IMG/VR virus record: IMGVR_UViG_3300028800_000006
Coordinates: 38,928-102,927 of that record
Direction: 5' to 3' (one strand)
Source: a virus
DNA: 64,000 nucleotides
Shown: one piece after another, positions 1-10,312 of the stretch
Numbering within the stretch: the stretch's first letter is position 1
Layout: the number at the start of each line of letters is the position of its first letter
Notes under the pieces: generated by a model
What the model saw: only the letters and a program-made list of their open reading frames with translations
What the model was told of the DNA's origin: nothing
The model's database searches: none
Made by a program: the position numbers and the translations under genes

Positions 1-59
1 TGCAGATCCAGGTGTCGATCGTGCTGATGGCCGAGCGCCAGCGGATCGTGGGATAGCGT

Positions 60-635
60 GTGTTTCCGTTGCTTCTGCTCGGGGTCGCCGGAGTCGTTGC
101 AGCTGCAGTAGGGCTGACCGGCGGACCGAACCTCGCCCGCGCGGCCGTTGCGCTGAAGCAGCCGCTCGCGTACGTGGGTAGCGCCTCGAAGTGGGCCAAG
201 AAGCGGGGCCTGCCGCTCGACTGGGTCTTGACCACGATCTTGGTCGAGTCGAACGGCAATCCACGAGCGGCTGGCGACTCCGATGGCCGCTCGGTCGGCC
301 TCATGCAGGTGAACGCTGTGGCACACGCGGCCGAGCTGAAGGCAGCCGGGCTCTCGCGCGAAAGCCTGTTCGACCCGGAGACGAACATCGAATGGGGCAC
401 GAAGTATCTCGTGCAGTTTCGAGATGACGTGCAGGCTGCACTCGGTGGCCGCTCCCTGCCCGCGCCGCTCGACGAGTTGGTGCGCCTCTCGTACAAGGGC
501 CCGGCGGCTGTGACTGGAGCGCTGAAGCGAGGGCAGAACCCGGTGACGACGCTTTCCTGGGCGCCTGCAGCCATCGCGAACTGGCGACAGCGGCGGTCAC
601 AGGTGCTGGCGGCACTCCGCCCGAGCGTGAGTTGA
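60..635 (+). CDS. Lytic transglycosylase (SLT domain) with N-terminal hydrophobic anchor
   Basis: SLT motifs ILVESNGNPRA (catalytic Glu), GLMQV and FDPETNIEWGTKYL; hydrophobic N-terminus. Confidence 0.85.
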   Translation: MFPLLLLGVAGVVAAAVGLTGGPNLARAAVALKQPLAYVGSASKWAKKRGLPLDWVLTTILVESNGNPRAAGDSDGRSVGLMQVNAVAHAAELKAAGLSRESLFDPETNIEWGTKYLVQFRDDVQAALGGRSLPAPLDELVRLSYKGPAAVTGALKRGQNPVTTLSWAPAAIANWRQRRSQVLAALRPSVS

Positions 636-668
636 CCCGCCCACGCCGCGCGGCGTATCCTGGACGGC
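632..668 (+). promoter_or_regulatory. Sigma70-like leaderless promoter
   Basis: TTGACC(632-637)-N18-TATCCT(656-661)-N7-ATG(669). Confidence 0.6.
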
Positions 669-1118
669 ATGATCTCGCGGACCTACGTGGTGTTGATGCC
701 CTCGGGCGGGGAGGCGGCCACACCCGTCAACATCCCCGTGCAGGATGATCCCGGCCTGCCCACCGCGCCAGCCACCCAAGGCAGCGCGGCCTGGTTCGAG
801 TGGCGCGGGCGCCCGCTGCGCTTCGAGACAGTAGCAGGGGATCCTGGATTCGTTCCGCGGCTGCGGCTCGGCTTTGGATTCAGTATCGTGCCATTGGTGT
901 CGCTTGCGACGCCTATCTCGACGGTGGTTCCGTCCGTCGCGTTTTCGGAGTCGCTCGTGCAGGACATGAGCATCCTCACGGTGCCAGTGCTCGCCGATCC
1001 AAGTGGGATGCCGGCGATTCAGCTCACCGGGAGCAGCAGCACCGCCGGGCACACGTACCTCGTGACGCTTCAGATCATGGAAGCCAAGGACGAGGACCGC
1101 ACGGCCGAGGGGACGTAG
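669..1118 (+). CDS. Hypothetical beta-rich protein, possibly structural
   Basis: ORF directly behind the promoter; beta-strand-like composition. Confidence 0.6.
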   Translation: MISRTYVVLMPSGGEAATPVNIPVQDDPGLPTAPATQGSAAWFEWRGRPLRFETVAGDPGFVPRLRLGFGFSIVPLVSLATPISTVVPSVAFSESLVQDMSILTVPVLADPSGMPAIQLTGSSSTAGHTYLVTLQIMEAKDEDRTAEGT

Positions 1119-1122
1119 GCTG

Positions 1123-1350
1123 ATGGCGAAGGCAAACTATCGCGTCTGTTGGTGGTACAGCAACGACACGCAGTCGCTCAACCCCACGTGCCGCACGCTG
1201 TCTGGAAAGCAGCACAAGTCGCGCCGTGAGGCGGCAGAAACAGCGCTCATGCAGAACCCTCATGCGCTTGTGCGCGTGCGGGGAACAGCAGGAAGAGCAC
1301 ACGGCACCGAGTACCGCTTGATCAAGGGAAAAGTGAGGCGGGTCGGATGA
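1123..1350 (+). CDS. Small basic hypothetical protein
   Basis: ATGA overlap with the next gene. Confidence 0.55.
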   Translation: MAKANYRVCWWYSNDTQSLNPTCRTLSGKQHKSRREAAETALMQNPHALVRVRGTAGRAHGTEYRLIKGKVRRVG

Positions 1351-1796
1351 TCACCCGTCAGCTCGGCGCCGGCTACGCGATCGTCCCCGTCCCGCCCGTG
1401 CCCGACTGGAACACGAGCGCTGGCGGCGGCCCCATCAGCCGGTCGTCGCAATCGTCTGTGCCAGCCGGCGCCGGCAACTACGTGTGGCGCAGCCCGCTCA
1501 ACGTCGTGCGCGAGGCGGAGCCCGGCGCGGGCTGGTGGCAGGATCTCGCGGCCACGAAGATGTTCCTGCCCGACGGCCGGCTCGTGGACGCGAAGCCGTT
1601 TGCCTACGACCAGTTCCGCGGCGGCCCGGACATCATCCAGCCGATCGTGACTCAGTCGTCTCGCCTGCTCTCGCCGTCGTTCGTGGCGATGTGCCTGGGC
1701 GCAGCCGCCGGGTACAAGCTGTCTCGCGACAATCACGTGCTGCACGCGGTCGGCGGCGCGATCGTCGGAGGCTTGCTCGGGCGCGTGTTCGGGTGA
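1347..1796 (+). CDS. Membrane protein with two C-terminal Gly-rich hydrophobic segments
   Basis: N-terminal RQLGAGY; C-terminal AVGGAIVGGLLGRVFG. Confidence 0.65.
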   Translation: MITRQLGAGYAIVPVPPVPDWNTSAGGGPISRSSQSSVPAGAGNYVWRSPLNVVREAEPGAGWWQDLAATKMFLPDGRLVDAKPFAYDQFRGGPDIIQPIVTQSSRLLSPSFVAMCLGAAAGYKLSRDNHVLHAVGGAIVGGLLGRVFG

Positions 1797-2140
1797 GCGC
1801 CGTGGCGGAGATTGTCACGGTCGTGTGTGACACCAAGGACGGACGTGCTACACGTGTCGAGCGGCGCATGCGCGACGTGCTTGGCGACGAGGGAATCGAC
1901 TGGATTCTTGGATCGCACGATCCGAAAAGTACAGACGCTACGGCGCTCCTCGCAGCTAACGCGCTGGCCCGTGACCGGCTGGTTGGCGAAGGCTTTACGG
2001 GAGCTACTGGCGCCGCTCTCCCGTTTTTGCCCGGACGGCCATACACCGCAGAGAGCGCAAGCACGAGATGCTGCGCCTGCGAAAGGTTGATGCCCGTGTC
2101 AGCCGGTGAGCACGTCACGGAGCCTGCCCATGCCACTTGA
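1793..2140 (+). CDS. EGxxW-motif paralog family member
   Basis: GTG start overlaps upstream TGA; contains DEGIDWILGSHDPKSTDATALLAANAL. Confidence 0.7.
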   Translation: MSAVAEIVTVVCDTKDGRATRVERRMRDVLGDEGIDWILGSHDPKSTDATALLAANALARDRLVGEGFTGATGAALPFLPGRPYTAESASTRCCACERLMPVSAGEHVTEPAHAT

Positions 2141-2912
2141 TGCAAACGAAAAAGCGCTGATCATGAAGCGCCGAGCCGCTGCAGGCTGGGACGCGCCTAG
2201 CGGCGTTCCCGATGGCCGCTACCGTGTCGGCCCTGGGGGCAAGCTCAGGCGGGTGAACCTCGGTGTGGCAGATCAAGCACAGGATCTGCTCGCGAACATG
2301 CGCGTGAACTGGCAGGCACGCGGTGTGCTTGGGATCATCGCTGACAAGATCCATCAAGGGTATGCGGTCGCCGAGACGTTCCCGTGGTCAGCTTCATCCC
2401 ACCTATGGCAGTCGCTTCCAGATGTTGTGCGAGGTGTCCAGACACCGAAAGAGGCGGCGATTGATCTGCTGAATCAAGCGAACACCTACGCGCAGAAGAT
2501 CTACGCGACGATTCCAAACGACAGCGCGCCTGTGTCAGCGCAGACACGCCGGACTGTCACAATTGCCGTGAAAAACGCGACGAAGGCGGTGAAGCTCGTT
2601 TCCAGCGCGGCTAACGATCTGAACGCGAGCATGCTGCGCGAGATCCTGGAATATCTGGCGCAGAAAACGAAAGAGGCGGCCGATTACCTCGCGAACAAGG
2701 CGAAGGACAAGTTCGGCTTCGACATCCCAAAGCCGATCATCTACGCGACACTGGCGTTGCTGGGTGTCACGACGCTGTTTATCGCCGCCAAGCTCGTGCA
2801 CACTGTGGTGCTGGGCCGGGCAAGGCTGGCTGAGGCGGAGGAAGAGGCGATCCAGATCGCAGACTCTTCTCGGCGCAAGAAGGCTTCGCGGAAGGTCGCC
2901 ACGATTTCGTAG
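2130..2912 (+). CDS. Helical protein with C-proximal transmembrane segment
   Basis: RRVNLGVAD motif; TM segment IIYATLALLGVTTLFIAA; basic tail. Confidence 0.65.
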   Translation: MPLDANEKALIMKRRAAAGWDAPSGVPDGRYRVGPGGKLRRVNLGVADQAQDLLANMRVNWQARGVLGIIADKIHQGYAVAETFPWSASSHLWQSLPDVVRGVQTPKEAAIDLLNQANTYAQKIYATIPNDSAPVSAQTRRTVTIAVKNATKAVKLVSSAANDLNASMLREILEYLAQKTKEAADYLANKAKDKFGFDIPKPIIYATLALLGVTTLFIAAKLVHTVVLGRARLAEAEEEAIQIADSSRRKKASRKVATIS

Positions 2913-2920
2913 GAGATCAC

Positions 2921-3334
2921 ATGGTTTCAGTCACCAACACGAATCTAGGCTTCTCGATCACTTCGGCGATCAAGAGCGTCGGCAAGACCGCGATCAAGGC
3001 GCAGGGGGCTGTGTTCAAGGCGACTGGTGTGGCCTCGAAGATCCCGGGCGTGTCTCAGGGAGCGAACGCGATCGTGCCAGGCTCCGGACGGATCCTCTCG
3101 GCCGGCGGCCAGCTCGACTCGATCGTGGGCGACAAGCTCTTGAGTGTGGGGAGCGGCAGCGGGGGCACGACGACAGCGACTGCTGTTGATCCTGGAACGG
3201 GCGGCGATCCTGGTGTGCCAGCGCAGCCGGGGAAGCGCGGCGGCTCGAAGCAGCTCATCAAGGGTGTGCCGAACACGACGTTGGCCATCGCAGGCGGCGG
3301 GCTCCTGGTGCTGCTTCTCGTGCTGAAGCGGTAG
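2921..3334 (+). CDS. LG|F family C-terminally anchored membrane protein
   Basis: AGGAG RBS; NLGFSITSAIKSVGK; ends LLVLLLVLKR. Confidence 0.75.
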   Translation: MVSVTNTNLGFSITSAIKSVGKTAIKAQGAVFKATGVASKIPGVSQGANAIVPGSGRILSAGGQLDSIVGDKLLSVGSGSGGTTTATAVDPGTGGDPGVPAQPGKRGGSKQLIKGVPNTTLAIAGGGLLVLLLVLKR

Positions 3335-3373
3335 GGGTTTGCTGCCAGACGACTGGCGTTCTACACTCGTGGA

Positions 3374-3547
3374 ATGACCGGACAGCCGAAATCGAACGCA
3401 GGAACCATCGCGGCCGTGATCGGCGGCCTCGCGGCCGTAGGCGGGCTCGTCGCCGCGGGTGTGGCTTCGTCGAGGAAGCCGGCGCCGCGCCTGGGCGGAG
3501 TGCGGCGGCCGGGGCTCGTTAAGAAGCCGTGCGGGTGTGGGCGGTGA
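3374..3547 (+). CDS. Small membrane/basic protein (57 aa, not in ORF track)
   Basis: MTGQPKSNAGTIAAVIGGLAAVGGLVAAGVASSRKPAPRLGGVRRPGLVKKPCGCGR; TACACT -10 box just upstream. Confidence 0.6.
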   Translation: MTGQPKSNAGTIAAVIGGLAAVGGLVAAGVASSRKPAPRLGGVRRPGLVKKPCGCGR

Positions 3548-3747
3548 CGGCAGCGCAGCGCAAGGAGGCTGCTCGGCTTGCACACGCTGTGCGGAAGATG
3601 GCGCGTGAGGGCGATTGCGGGCACGCATCCAATCTCGTCTACATCATGAGGAAGAAAGGGCTCGTCAGCCCTCGCCTAGAGAACGCTCTCCACCGCGTTG
3701 TTGGCCTGTGCGGCGTACGCGCTCGGGGCTGGCCAACAGACTTCTAA
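3544..3747 (+). CDS. Small basic protein, GDC-motif family
   Basis: GTGA overlap; AREGDCGHAS resembles proteins at 40753 and 46850. Confidence 0.55.
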   Translation: MTAAQRKEAARLAHAVRKMAREGDCGHASNLVYIMRKKGLVSPRLENALHRVVGLCGVRARGWPTDF

Positions 3748-3753
3748 AGCTAA

Positions 3754-3927
3754 TCATCGCCGCCAGTGAACCGGCCCGCCCATCCAACTGAACAGGATCA
3801 CCAGCAGAACAATCAGCAGCACGACGTGCAGTAGGTTGTTCCCCCGCACCGCAGGCGGCCCGGCCCAGTAGCCTCCGCCCCAACCGGCAAACACCACGAG
3901 CAGGATGATGAGTAGAGGCCACGGCAT
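3754..3927 (-). CDS. Small two-TM protein (DUF3309-like)
   Basis: MPWPLLIILLVVFAGWGGGYW...LLHVVLLIVLLVILF. Confidence 0.55.
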   Translation of the reverse strand: MPWPLLIILLVVFAGWGGGYWAGPPAVRGNNLLHVVLLIVLLVILFSWMGGPVHWRR

Positions 3928-3946
3928 GGACTCCAGGCTGAGTACG

Positions 3947-4195
3947 ATGGTGCCGGTAAGCAAGTACACGTGGGTGGGGCTGACCGATTGGCCTGAAAAG
4001 CCGAACAGCACAGTGTGCTTATGTAGCAGCGCCGTTCATGGACGGGACGAACACGAGGGGATTCTGTGGATTCGTGGAGTGCACACCGAAGCCACTGAGG
4101 ACGGCCGTGCGCTACTGGCCGCATACGCGCTGTCTGATTTGGAGGCGCCGCTCCTGCCGATCAGCGATCCGCGGCTTGCTTCAGCAGCTCTTTGA
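3947..4195 (+). CDS. EGxxW-motif paralog family member
   Basis: EHEGILWIRGVHTEATEDGRALLAAYAL; start uncertain. Confidence 0.65.
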   Translation: MVPVSKYTWVGLTDWPEKPNSTVCLCSSAVHGRDEHEGILWIRGVHTEATEDGRALLAAYALSDLEAPLLPISDPRLASAAL

Positions 4196-4445
4196 TCGCT
4201 GCGTTCCCGAGCGCGCCGACGAACCGCTTCAGCCGGCCCTGCTTGTCCATCACGATCGTGGTCGGCGTGGCCTTCACCCCGAGCTTGTCGCCGAAGTGCG
4301 CGGCCTTGGTGTCCTGCTGCACGTCGTAGATGCCGATCGGGATCACGCGGCGATACGGCCCGGCCAGCTCCTTGAACCGCGGCAGGTACTCCTCGCAGGC
4401 GCCACAGCCGTGCATCGCGAAGACGAAGACTGCAGGGTTCGCCAC
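4161..4445 (-). CDS. Thioredoxin-fold protein
   Basis: CGAC active site; ATPTTIVMDKQG cis-Pro region; start uncertain. Confidence 0.8.
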   Translation of the reverse strand: MANPAVFVFAMHGCGACEEYLPRFKELAGPYRRVIPIGIYDVQQDTKAAHFGDKLGVKATPTTIVMDKQGRLKRFVGALGNAAIKELLKQAADR

Positions 4446-4447
4446 GG

Positions 4448-4726
4448 CTACGGCTTCCGGCAAGCCTCGAACGACCGCCCAGCGGCGCTCATGAGCTGGC
4501 GGCCGGCGAAGTAGAGCGCGCCCGCGCCAAGCAGCGACACGATGCCGGCCGCGCCGCGCCCCTTCAGCAGCTTGTACGTGCCGAAGAGCGCCACAGGCAC
4601 GCTCGACAGACCTGTGACAGCGCCAGTGACGAGCAGAGGGCGAGCTTGCTCGGCGCACTCGATGTCGGTCGTGGACGGCGCGGCACCCAGGTAGTCGGAA
4701 CCGCTCAGTGTGTAGATCTCGGCCAT
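4448..4726 (-). CDS. Small two-TM protein with LSG/YLG N-terminal motif
   Basis: MAEIYTLSGSDYLGAAP; two hydrophobic segments. Confidence 0.6.
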   Translation of the reverse strand: MAEIYTLSGSDYLGAAPSTTDIECAEQARPLLVTGAVTGLSSVPVALFGTYKLLKGRGAAGIVSLLGAGALYFAGRQLMSAAGRSFEACRKP

Positions 4727-4799
4727 GAAGAGAGGATAGACGACGCAGCCGTGCACCGTCCAGTTGCCCTCCTGCTAGTTAACTGGCATCATGCCGCGC

Positions 4800-5939
4800 A
4801 TGCCGACCATTCACGTTCTCGCGCCGCACCACACGATCGCAAACGACGAGTACAGCCACTGCGCGTTCACCGGCAAGGCCCGCCGGTTCGCGGCGATGAT
4901 GAAGCCATTCGGCTACACGGTGCACGAGTACAGCAACGCCGGCTCGCAGAGTGCTGCCGACGTGAAGCACGTGATGTTGAACTCCGCCGAGTTTGCGGCG
5001 CACATCAAACCCGAGCACGAGAGCCCTGGCGCGCAGGCCAATCCGCACACGCCCGCTGGAGTGATCTTCCGGCAGCGCCTGTCGCGTGCACTGGCCGAGT
5101 ACGCCAAGCCAGGCGACATCGTGGCCCACATCTGGACGTCGTACTGGGAACTCATTCGGGACTTCCCGCGACTGAACCACATCGAGACCGGCATCGGCTA
5201 CCCCAACGACGGGATCGGCGCGTACCGCATCTTCGAGAGCTACGCGTGGATGCACTTTCATTGGGGGCGCTACTGCTCACCGGGCGGAGTGGTGCCGATG
5301 ACCCAGCAGAGCTACGACATCGACAAGAATCCAGCCTGCACGTGGGTGGTGCCGAACTACTACGACCCGGCTGACTGGCCTTTCGTTGGCGAGCCGGAGA
5401 ATTACGTGGCGTTCATGCATCGCTTCGTCGTCGACAAGGGCATCGAAATGCTGCGCGAGGTGATCAAGGCGTGGGACAAGAAGCATCCTGGCGACGGGAT
5501 GAAGTTCGTGCTCGCCGGGATGGGAGGCTACGCGCAGTGGCTCGCGGCGGGGGATTTCACGCCGGCTGAGATGGCGCGTATCGACTACCGTGGCGTGGTG
5601 AACGGGAGAGCGCGGGCCGAGCTGGTCGGGAAGGCGCGGGCGATGTTGATGCCATCGATCTTCGTCGAGCCGTTCGGTGGGTCTGGCGTCGAGGCGCAGG
5701 TGACCGGGACACCGTTGATCGGCCCGGACTTCGGAGCCTTCACCGAGACGATCGAGGACGAGGCGACCGGGTTTCGCTGCCGCACGGTCGATGATTACGT
5801 GCAGGCGATCGAAGACGCGCCGAAACTGGTGCGTCCGTACATCTCACAGCGGGCACGGAAGCTCTACTCGTTGGAGGCGTGCGGCGTGAAGTACGACAAG
5901 ATCTTCAAGCGGATCACGACACAGGCGGGCGTGCGGTGA
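4800..5939 (+). CDS. Glycosyltransferase family 4 (GT-B)
   Basis: HRFVVDKG, PSIFVEPFGGSGVEAQVTGTPLI, ETIEDEATGF; start 4800 fits promoter TTGCCC-N17-CATCAT-N7-ATG. Confidence 0.85.
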   Translation: MPTIHVLAPHHTIANDEYSHCAFTGKARRFAAMMKPFGYTVHEYSNAGSQSAADVKHVMLNSAEFAAHIKPEHESPGAQANPHTPAGVIFRQRLSRALAEYAKPGDIVAHIWTSYWELIRDFPRLNHIETGIGYPNDGIGAYRIFESYAWMHFHWGRYCSPGGVVPMTQQSYDIDKNPACTWVVPNYYDPADWPFVGEPENYVAFMHRFVVDKGIEMLREVIKAWDKKHPGDGMKFVLAGMGGYAQWLAAGDFTPAEMARIDYRGVVNGRARAELVGKARAMLMPSIFVEPFGGSGVEAQVTGTPLIGPDFGAFTETIEDEATGFRCRTVDDYVQAIEDAPKLVRPYISQRARKLYSLEACGVKYDKIFKRITTQAGVR

Positions 5940-5977
5940 TTTGACGGCCCCCGCAGGCCCCGCTTACAATCGTAAGC

Positions 5978-6625
5978 ATGCACCCGTTTTTGCTGTTACT
6001 CGGAACCGCCGCCGTCACCTACTCGCAGATGCTCGGGCACACCTGGATTGCCGGTGTGGTTGCCGTCATCGGTGGTCTTCTGCAGGCGCTGGCCAAGCGG
6101 GCCAAGATCCCGATGATGCGCTCATTGCCGACGTTCGCACCTGCCGGCTCTGGCCCCGCCATCGCGCTGTCCTTGCTGTTCCTGGTCGCTGGAGCGGTGC
6201 TGATCGCCATTCCGATCGCAGCCACGACGCAATTCGGGATTGCGGCGCGGATCTTCTTCCCTGTGCTTGGCAGCGGCGCGCTCATGATGTTCGACTCTGC
6301 CGATCTGGTCGGCGTGACCACGCCGACGTCTGCCGCAGCGCTGCTGGCGGCCCTGATGCTGCCCTTCGCCTGCGCTCACGTGCAGCCGGTGACGAACTGC
6401 GTGGAGGGTCAGCTCGGCAACCAGGGGCCCGTCATCATTGCAGAGGTCGAGGCCGATCTGGCAGCGAGAAACTTGGAAGATCTGGCGCTCGTAGCCGGCC
6501 GCATCGGATGGGTGACGCTGGGCTGCATCCTCGATGACCTGGAGGCCAAGGGAAAGCTAACCCCAGTGCAGCTGGACACCTCGCGGAAGTTCAAGACAGA
6601 GAATCGCGCCAAGCTGCACGAGTGA
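5978..6625 (+). CDS. Multi-TM membrane protein (holin-like or lysis-associated)
   Basis: Several hydrophobic segments; preceded by TTGACG-N18-TACAAT-N7-ATG; heads the operon ending in GH25. Confidence 0.55.
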   Translation: MHPFLLLLGTAAVTYSQMLGHTWIAGVVAVIGGLLQALAKRAKIPMMRSLPTFAPAGSGPAIALSLLFLVAGAVLIAIPIAATTQFGIAARIFFPVLGSGALMMFDSADLVGVTTPTSAAALLAALMLPFACAHVQPVTNCVEGQLGNQGPVIIAEVEADLAARNLEDLALVAGRIGWVTLGCILDDLEAKGKLTPVQLDTSRKFKTENRAKLHE

Positions 6626-6936
6626 TGCGTTTCCTGCTCGCCATACTGGCCGCGTCGATGGTGCTCGGGACCACGGGGTGCCCGAAGCCGTCGCCGACCC
6701 CGGTCGTACCTGTCGTTCCGGCAGATCCGACGTGTGGGCTGGATCAGGCTGCGCATGACGACCTCGTAGACAGCGTGGTGGGCGATCTGAACGGGCTCGA
6801 CACGGCGTTGACGGTCGAGCGGGCACACTACTCGATAGCAACTGTGGGCTGCGTTGTGGACGAGGTCATCGGTGACTTCCACAACGCGCCCGATCTGATT
6901 GCGGCTGCTCAGCAGTGGCGTCAAGCGAACCCATAA
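6622..6936 (+). CDS. Lipoprotein
   Basis: Signal peptide with lipobox LGTTG-C; Pro-rich linker. Confidence 0.65.
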   Translation: MMRFLLAILAASMVLGTTGCPKPSPTPVVPVVPADPTCGLDQAAHDDLVDSVVGDLNGLDTALTVERAHYSIATVGCVVDEVIGDFHNAPDLIAAAQQWRQANP

Positions 6937-6951
6937 GGAGGAAACCTCACG

Positions 6952-7707
6952 ATGATCGATTTCAGCGCGATGAAGCTCGGCAAGCAGGCAGCTGTCCACG
7001 ATCCGCGCACGCTGCGGCTCGCCGACTACGTGACGAACGCGCTCAAGCCGCCTCCGCGCATCGACTGGAGCACGAAGGTCACGAACCTTGGGATGATGCT
7101 GAACGACAGCCTGGGCGACTGCACGATCGCGGCGGCGGGGCACATGATCCAGACCTGGACAGCCAACAACGGCAGCCAGATCGTTCTGCCCGACAGTGCC
7201 ATCCTGCAGGGCTACGAAACCTTCTGCGGGTACAACCCGAGCGACCCGAGCACCGATCAGGGCGGTGTGGAGGTCACGGTGCTCAACGGGCTGAGGAAGG
7301 TCGGGCTGGGCGGCCACAAGATCTACGCCTACGTGGCGCAGGAGCCGGGCAGCCGGGCGCACATCGAGCTGTCCGTCGACTTGCTGGGCGGCTGCTATCT
7401 GGGAGTCGAGCTGCCGCGCTCGGCGCAGAACCAGCGCGTGTGGAGCGTGCCTCCAGGCGGGCCGCACGGCGATGGCGCTCCCGGATCATGGGGGGGTCAC
7501 GCGATCCCCGCGGTCGCTTACGGGCCGGCAGGCATCACAGTCATCACGTGGGGGCAGCTCCTCACCATGACCTGGAAGTTCTTCACCACGTATTGCACCG
7601 AGGCGTACGGCGTGCTCAGCCAGGACTGGGCGAACGGCGCGAAGACTGCGCCGAGCGGCTTCGACTTCGCTCAGCTGCAGGCGGACCTGGCGGCCATCAC
7701 GGCGTAA
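6952..7707 (+). CDS. Papain-like (C1-related) cysteine peptidase
   Basis: NDSLGDCTIAAAGH (Cys), WGGHAIPAVAY (His), VITWG; AGGAGG RBS. Confidence 0.7.
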   Translation: MIDFSAMKLGKQAAVHDPRTLRLADYVTNALKPPPRIDWSTKVTNLGMMLNDSLGDCTIAAAGHMIQTWTANNGSQIVLPDSAILQGYETFCGYNPSDPSTDQGGVEVTVLNGLRKVGLGGHKIYAYVAQEPGSRAHIELSVDLLGGCYLGVELPRSAQNQRVWSVPPGGPHGDGAPGSWGGHAIPAVAYGPAGITVITWGQLLTMTWKFFTTYCTEAYGVLSQDWANGAKTAPSGFDFAQLQADLAAITA

Positions 7708-7711
7708 AGAG

Positions 7712-8089
7712 ATGGCGGCCGTTCCGCTCATCGATCCGTGGTTTGACGCTGCGTTTCTGCGCGAGACGACAGCGAGAAGCACATCCTGCGCTGATCCAGC
7801 GACGATCCAGGGTGCCGATGGACTGTTCCTATGGTGCCCCTGTGGCTACGGCAAGCCGGAATTCCCACTCGCGGGAGGGCGCCCACACGGCCTGCACGTG
7901 TCGTTCTCCAATCCGATCGGCGCACAGCCGGCGCCGCCTGATGCCGGCTCGCAGTCCCGGAACGGTGGCCCGTCGCGCTGGCAGATGAGTGGCACGGGGC
8001 TCGCCGACCTGACCCTGGCCCCATCGATCGCGACCGGAGAGCCGGAGTGCTGGCACGGCTACATCCAGAACGGACAGGTGCTCTTGTGA
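7712..8089 (+). CDS. Cys/His metal-binding protein (DUF6527-like)
   Basis: LWCPC...LTLAPSI...CWHGYIQNG. Confidence 0.6.
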   Translation: MAAVPLIDPWFDAAFLRETTARSTSCADPATIQGADGLFLWCPCGYGKPEFPLAGGRPHGLHVSFSNPIGAQPAPPDAGSQSRNGGPSRWQMSGTGLADLTLAPSIATGEPECWHGYIQNGQVLL

Positions 8090-8745
8090 CCCTCCCCGCT
8101 GACCGCGCCAAAGGTATCGACGTCAACGGCTGGCATCCCATCCACGACTTCTCTGCCCTCCCTGCCGACTTGAGCTTCGTGGGGGTCAAGGCCACTGAGG
8201 GCAACACGGTCACCGACAAGGCGTTACAGGCCCACCGAGATGGCCTCCGGGCGCGTCCTGGGCTCGATCTGGTCATCTATTACCATTTCGCCCGGACGGG
8301 CCGCCCAGAGACGCAGGCTGTGCGCCTCCTGGATGCTGTGGGACCTCTCCAGGCGAACGAACGGCTGTGCCTGGACCTGGAGGTGCTCCCAGACGACCCA
8401 GGAAGCGTCCTGGCGTGGGTGGACGCGTTCTACGGGCGGATCCGGCGGTCCTGTCCGGGGCAGCGGCAGCTCATCTACACTTCGAAGCGGATCTGGAGCC
8501 AGTTCGGCAACCCCGGGTGGGCAGGTGCGGCCGACATCGACCTGTGGGCGCCGCGGTACAACGCGGTAGGGCGTGAGCCCGAGCTGCCGGCGCCGTGGAC
8601 GCGCTGGACGGCTTGGCAGTGGACAGATGGGGAGGCGGTGCCGTTCACCTGCCCGGGAGTGGGGGCGTGCGACGCGAACGTCTGGAACGGCGATCGAGCC
8701 GCGGTCAGGGCGTGGGTGGCCGGGAAGTCACTTCTTCAGGGCTAA
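8086..8745 (+). CDS. GH25 lysozyme (endolysin)
   Basis: GIDVNGWH, KATEG, YHFAR, LDLE, IYTS, WTAWQWT, CDAN. Confidence 0.9.
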   Translation: MTLPADRAKGIDVNGWHPIHDFSALPADLSFVGVKATEGNTVTDKALQAHRDGLRARPGLDLVIYYHFARTGRPETQAVRLLDAVGPLQANERLCLDLEVLPDDPGSVLAWVDAFYGRIRRSCPGQRQLIYTSKRIWSQFGNPGWAGAADIDLWAPRYNAVGREPELPAPWTRWTAWQWTDGEAVPFTCPGVGACDANVWNGDRAAVRAWVAGKSLLQG

Positions 8746-10300
8746 TTCAGACAGGCCGGCGCGCCACTCCGCGGCCAGCCCATCTCGTACAGCAGCACCG
8801 AGTGTGCTCACGACGCGTGGCAGAGTGCCATTTCTGGCATGTGCATCGGCACGTGTGTCACAGCACGCAATACAAACCAGCAGAGACACGTCCAGAAGGA
8901 TTGGGCTTGGCACGTTCGGCTGCATCTGTATCGCTGCCTGATTGATCGGAATCGAGATCGGGTTACGTTTCCCGTTGTGCGAGGTCAGGATGAGCAGCCG
9001 CTCGTCTCCATGGTCAGAGCAGAAGTCTCGACTGCACACGATACAGGTCTGCCGTGCGACAGACGGATAGTCTAGCGTGCAGAAGTCACACAGCGTCGCC
9101 TCGCCCCGCATTTCAGCCACCACCGAATAGGCGGAGCACGCGGCGTTTCACGTTCTCTAGCGTGCGCGCCCCGGCCTCCAGCACGTACTCGCGACGGCAC
9201 TCTGCTGTGCAGTTGTGGCAGCAGTTGCAGACGTGTCTTGGATTGACTGGGCAGATGTGGGGCGGTGGTGGCGCGTGCCCGTTTGGGTCGAGCCCCTTCG
9301 CGCGGAAGGAGTTGACGGCGTTGCGTGCTGATGTCCACACGTACGCTTCATCGCTGCCGTCGGGAAACGGGCAGGGATCGGTGGAGCCCTGCGCGCCTGC
9401 GCGGTGTCCTTGCTTGGCGGGGGTCATTCGTCCAGTCCTTTCAGTGCACTCATATCGGCCTTAGCAACATCATCTTGTATGATGCGGTTGCGGTACGCAG
9501 CCCACACAGAATCGATGTACTTCAGCATAGTGCGCGTCACTAGAACGCCTGGAGCCGTTACGCCAGCGTCTCCAACAACGATCGTGTTAGTAGTAATCCA
9601 GCAACGCCCACACCCTAGTGCTGCTCGCGCTATTCCGTTTTCTGTCAGCTGCGCCGGCTTCCATCGCGGGTCTGATGTAAGCGGAAGATACAGCCCGTCA
9701 ACATGCACCGTGCCGGTCAGCAGCGCCTCCGCTCGCTCCATCCGCTCTGTCTGCATCCGACGGATCACGCGCATCTGGTACAGCACCGTGCCGACCAAGG
9801 TCACGTAGGTAGCGCCGGCAATGCTGCTGACGGCCGCCACAAGCTGTGTGCTGACTACCATGTGTCCTGCTCTCCTTCATCGACGATGGCGCCGCAGTCC
9901 ACGCAGCGCGTGTTTTCGAAGCGGTCCCGCCCGAGCGCCAGGTGCGCGCAGACGACGGGGCGCTGCTCGGGCAGCTCGCGCCGCACGGTCTTCGCAGTGT
10001 GGCCGAGATCCCGGACGCCTTGACGCGTGAGCTTGTGCTCGCTGTGGCGCTTGGTCACAGCTTCGTCTCCTCGTCGTACACCGGCTCGTATCTGTAGTTG
10101 AAGAAGACGACGTCACCACGCTTCATGCACACTGTGGCCGCGTGAATTTCGGCAGCGTCTTGCGCCTTGTCCTGCGTGCGGTAGCGGCCGAGCAAGCTCC
10201 AGTCATTGCCGGGTTCCTGCATGTACAGATCACAGGCGATGGGCTGTCTGGTTGGCGGCTTCGGCTTTCGAGAGAAGAGACGACGGAAGAAAGCGATCAT
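8728..10300 (-). other. Five small hypothetical genes (8728-9123, 9113-9427, 9424-9861, 9855-10058, 10055-10300), several with CxxC zinc motifs
   Basis: Overlapping start/stop codons; CDFC/CIVC, CNCCHNC and CVDC motifs. Confidence 0.6.
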
Positions 10301-10312
10301 GTGCGGGCTCCT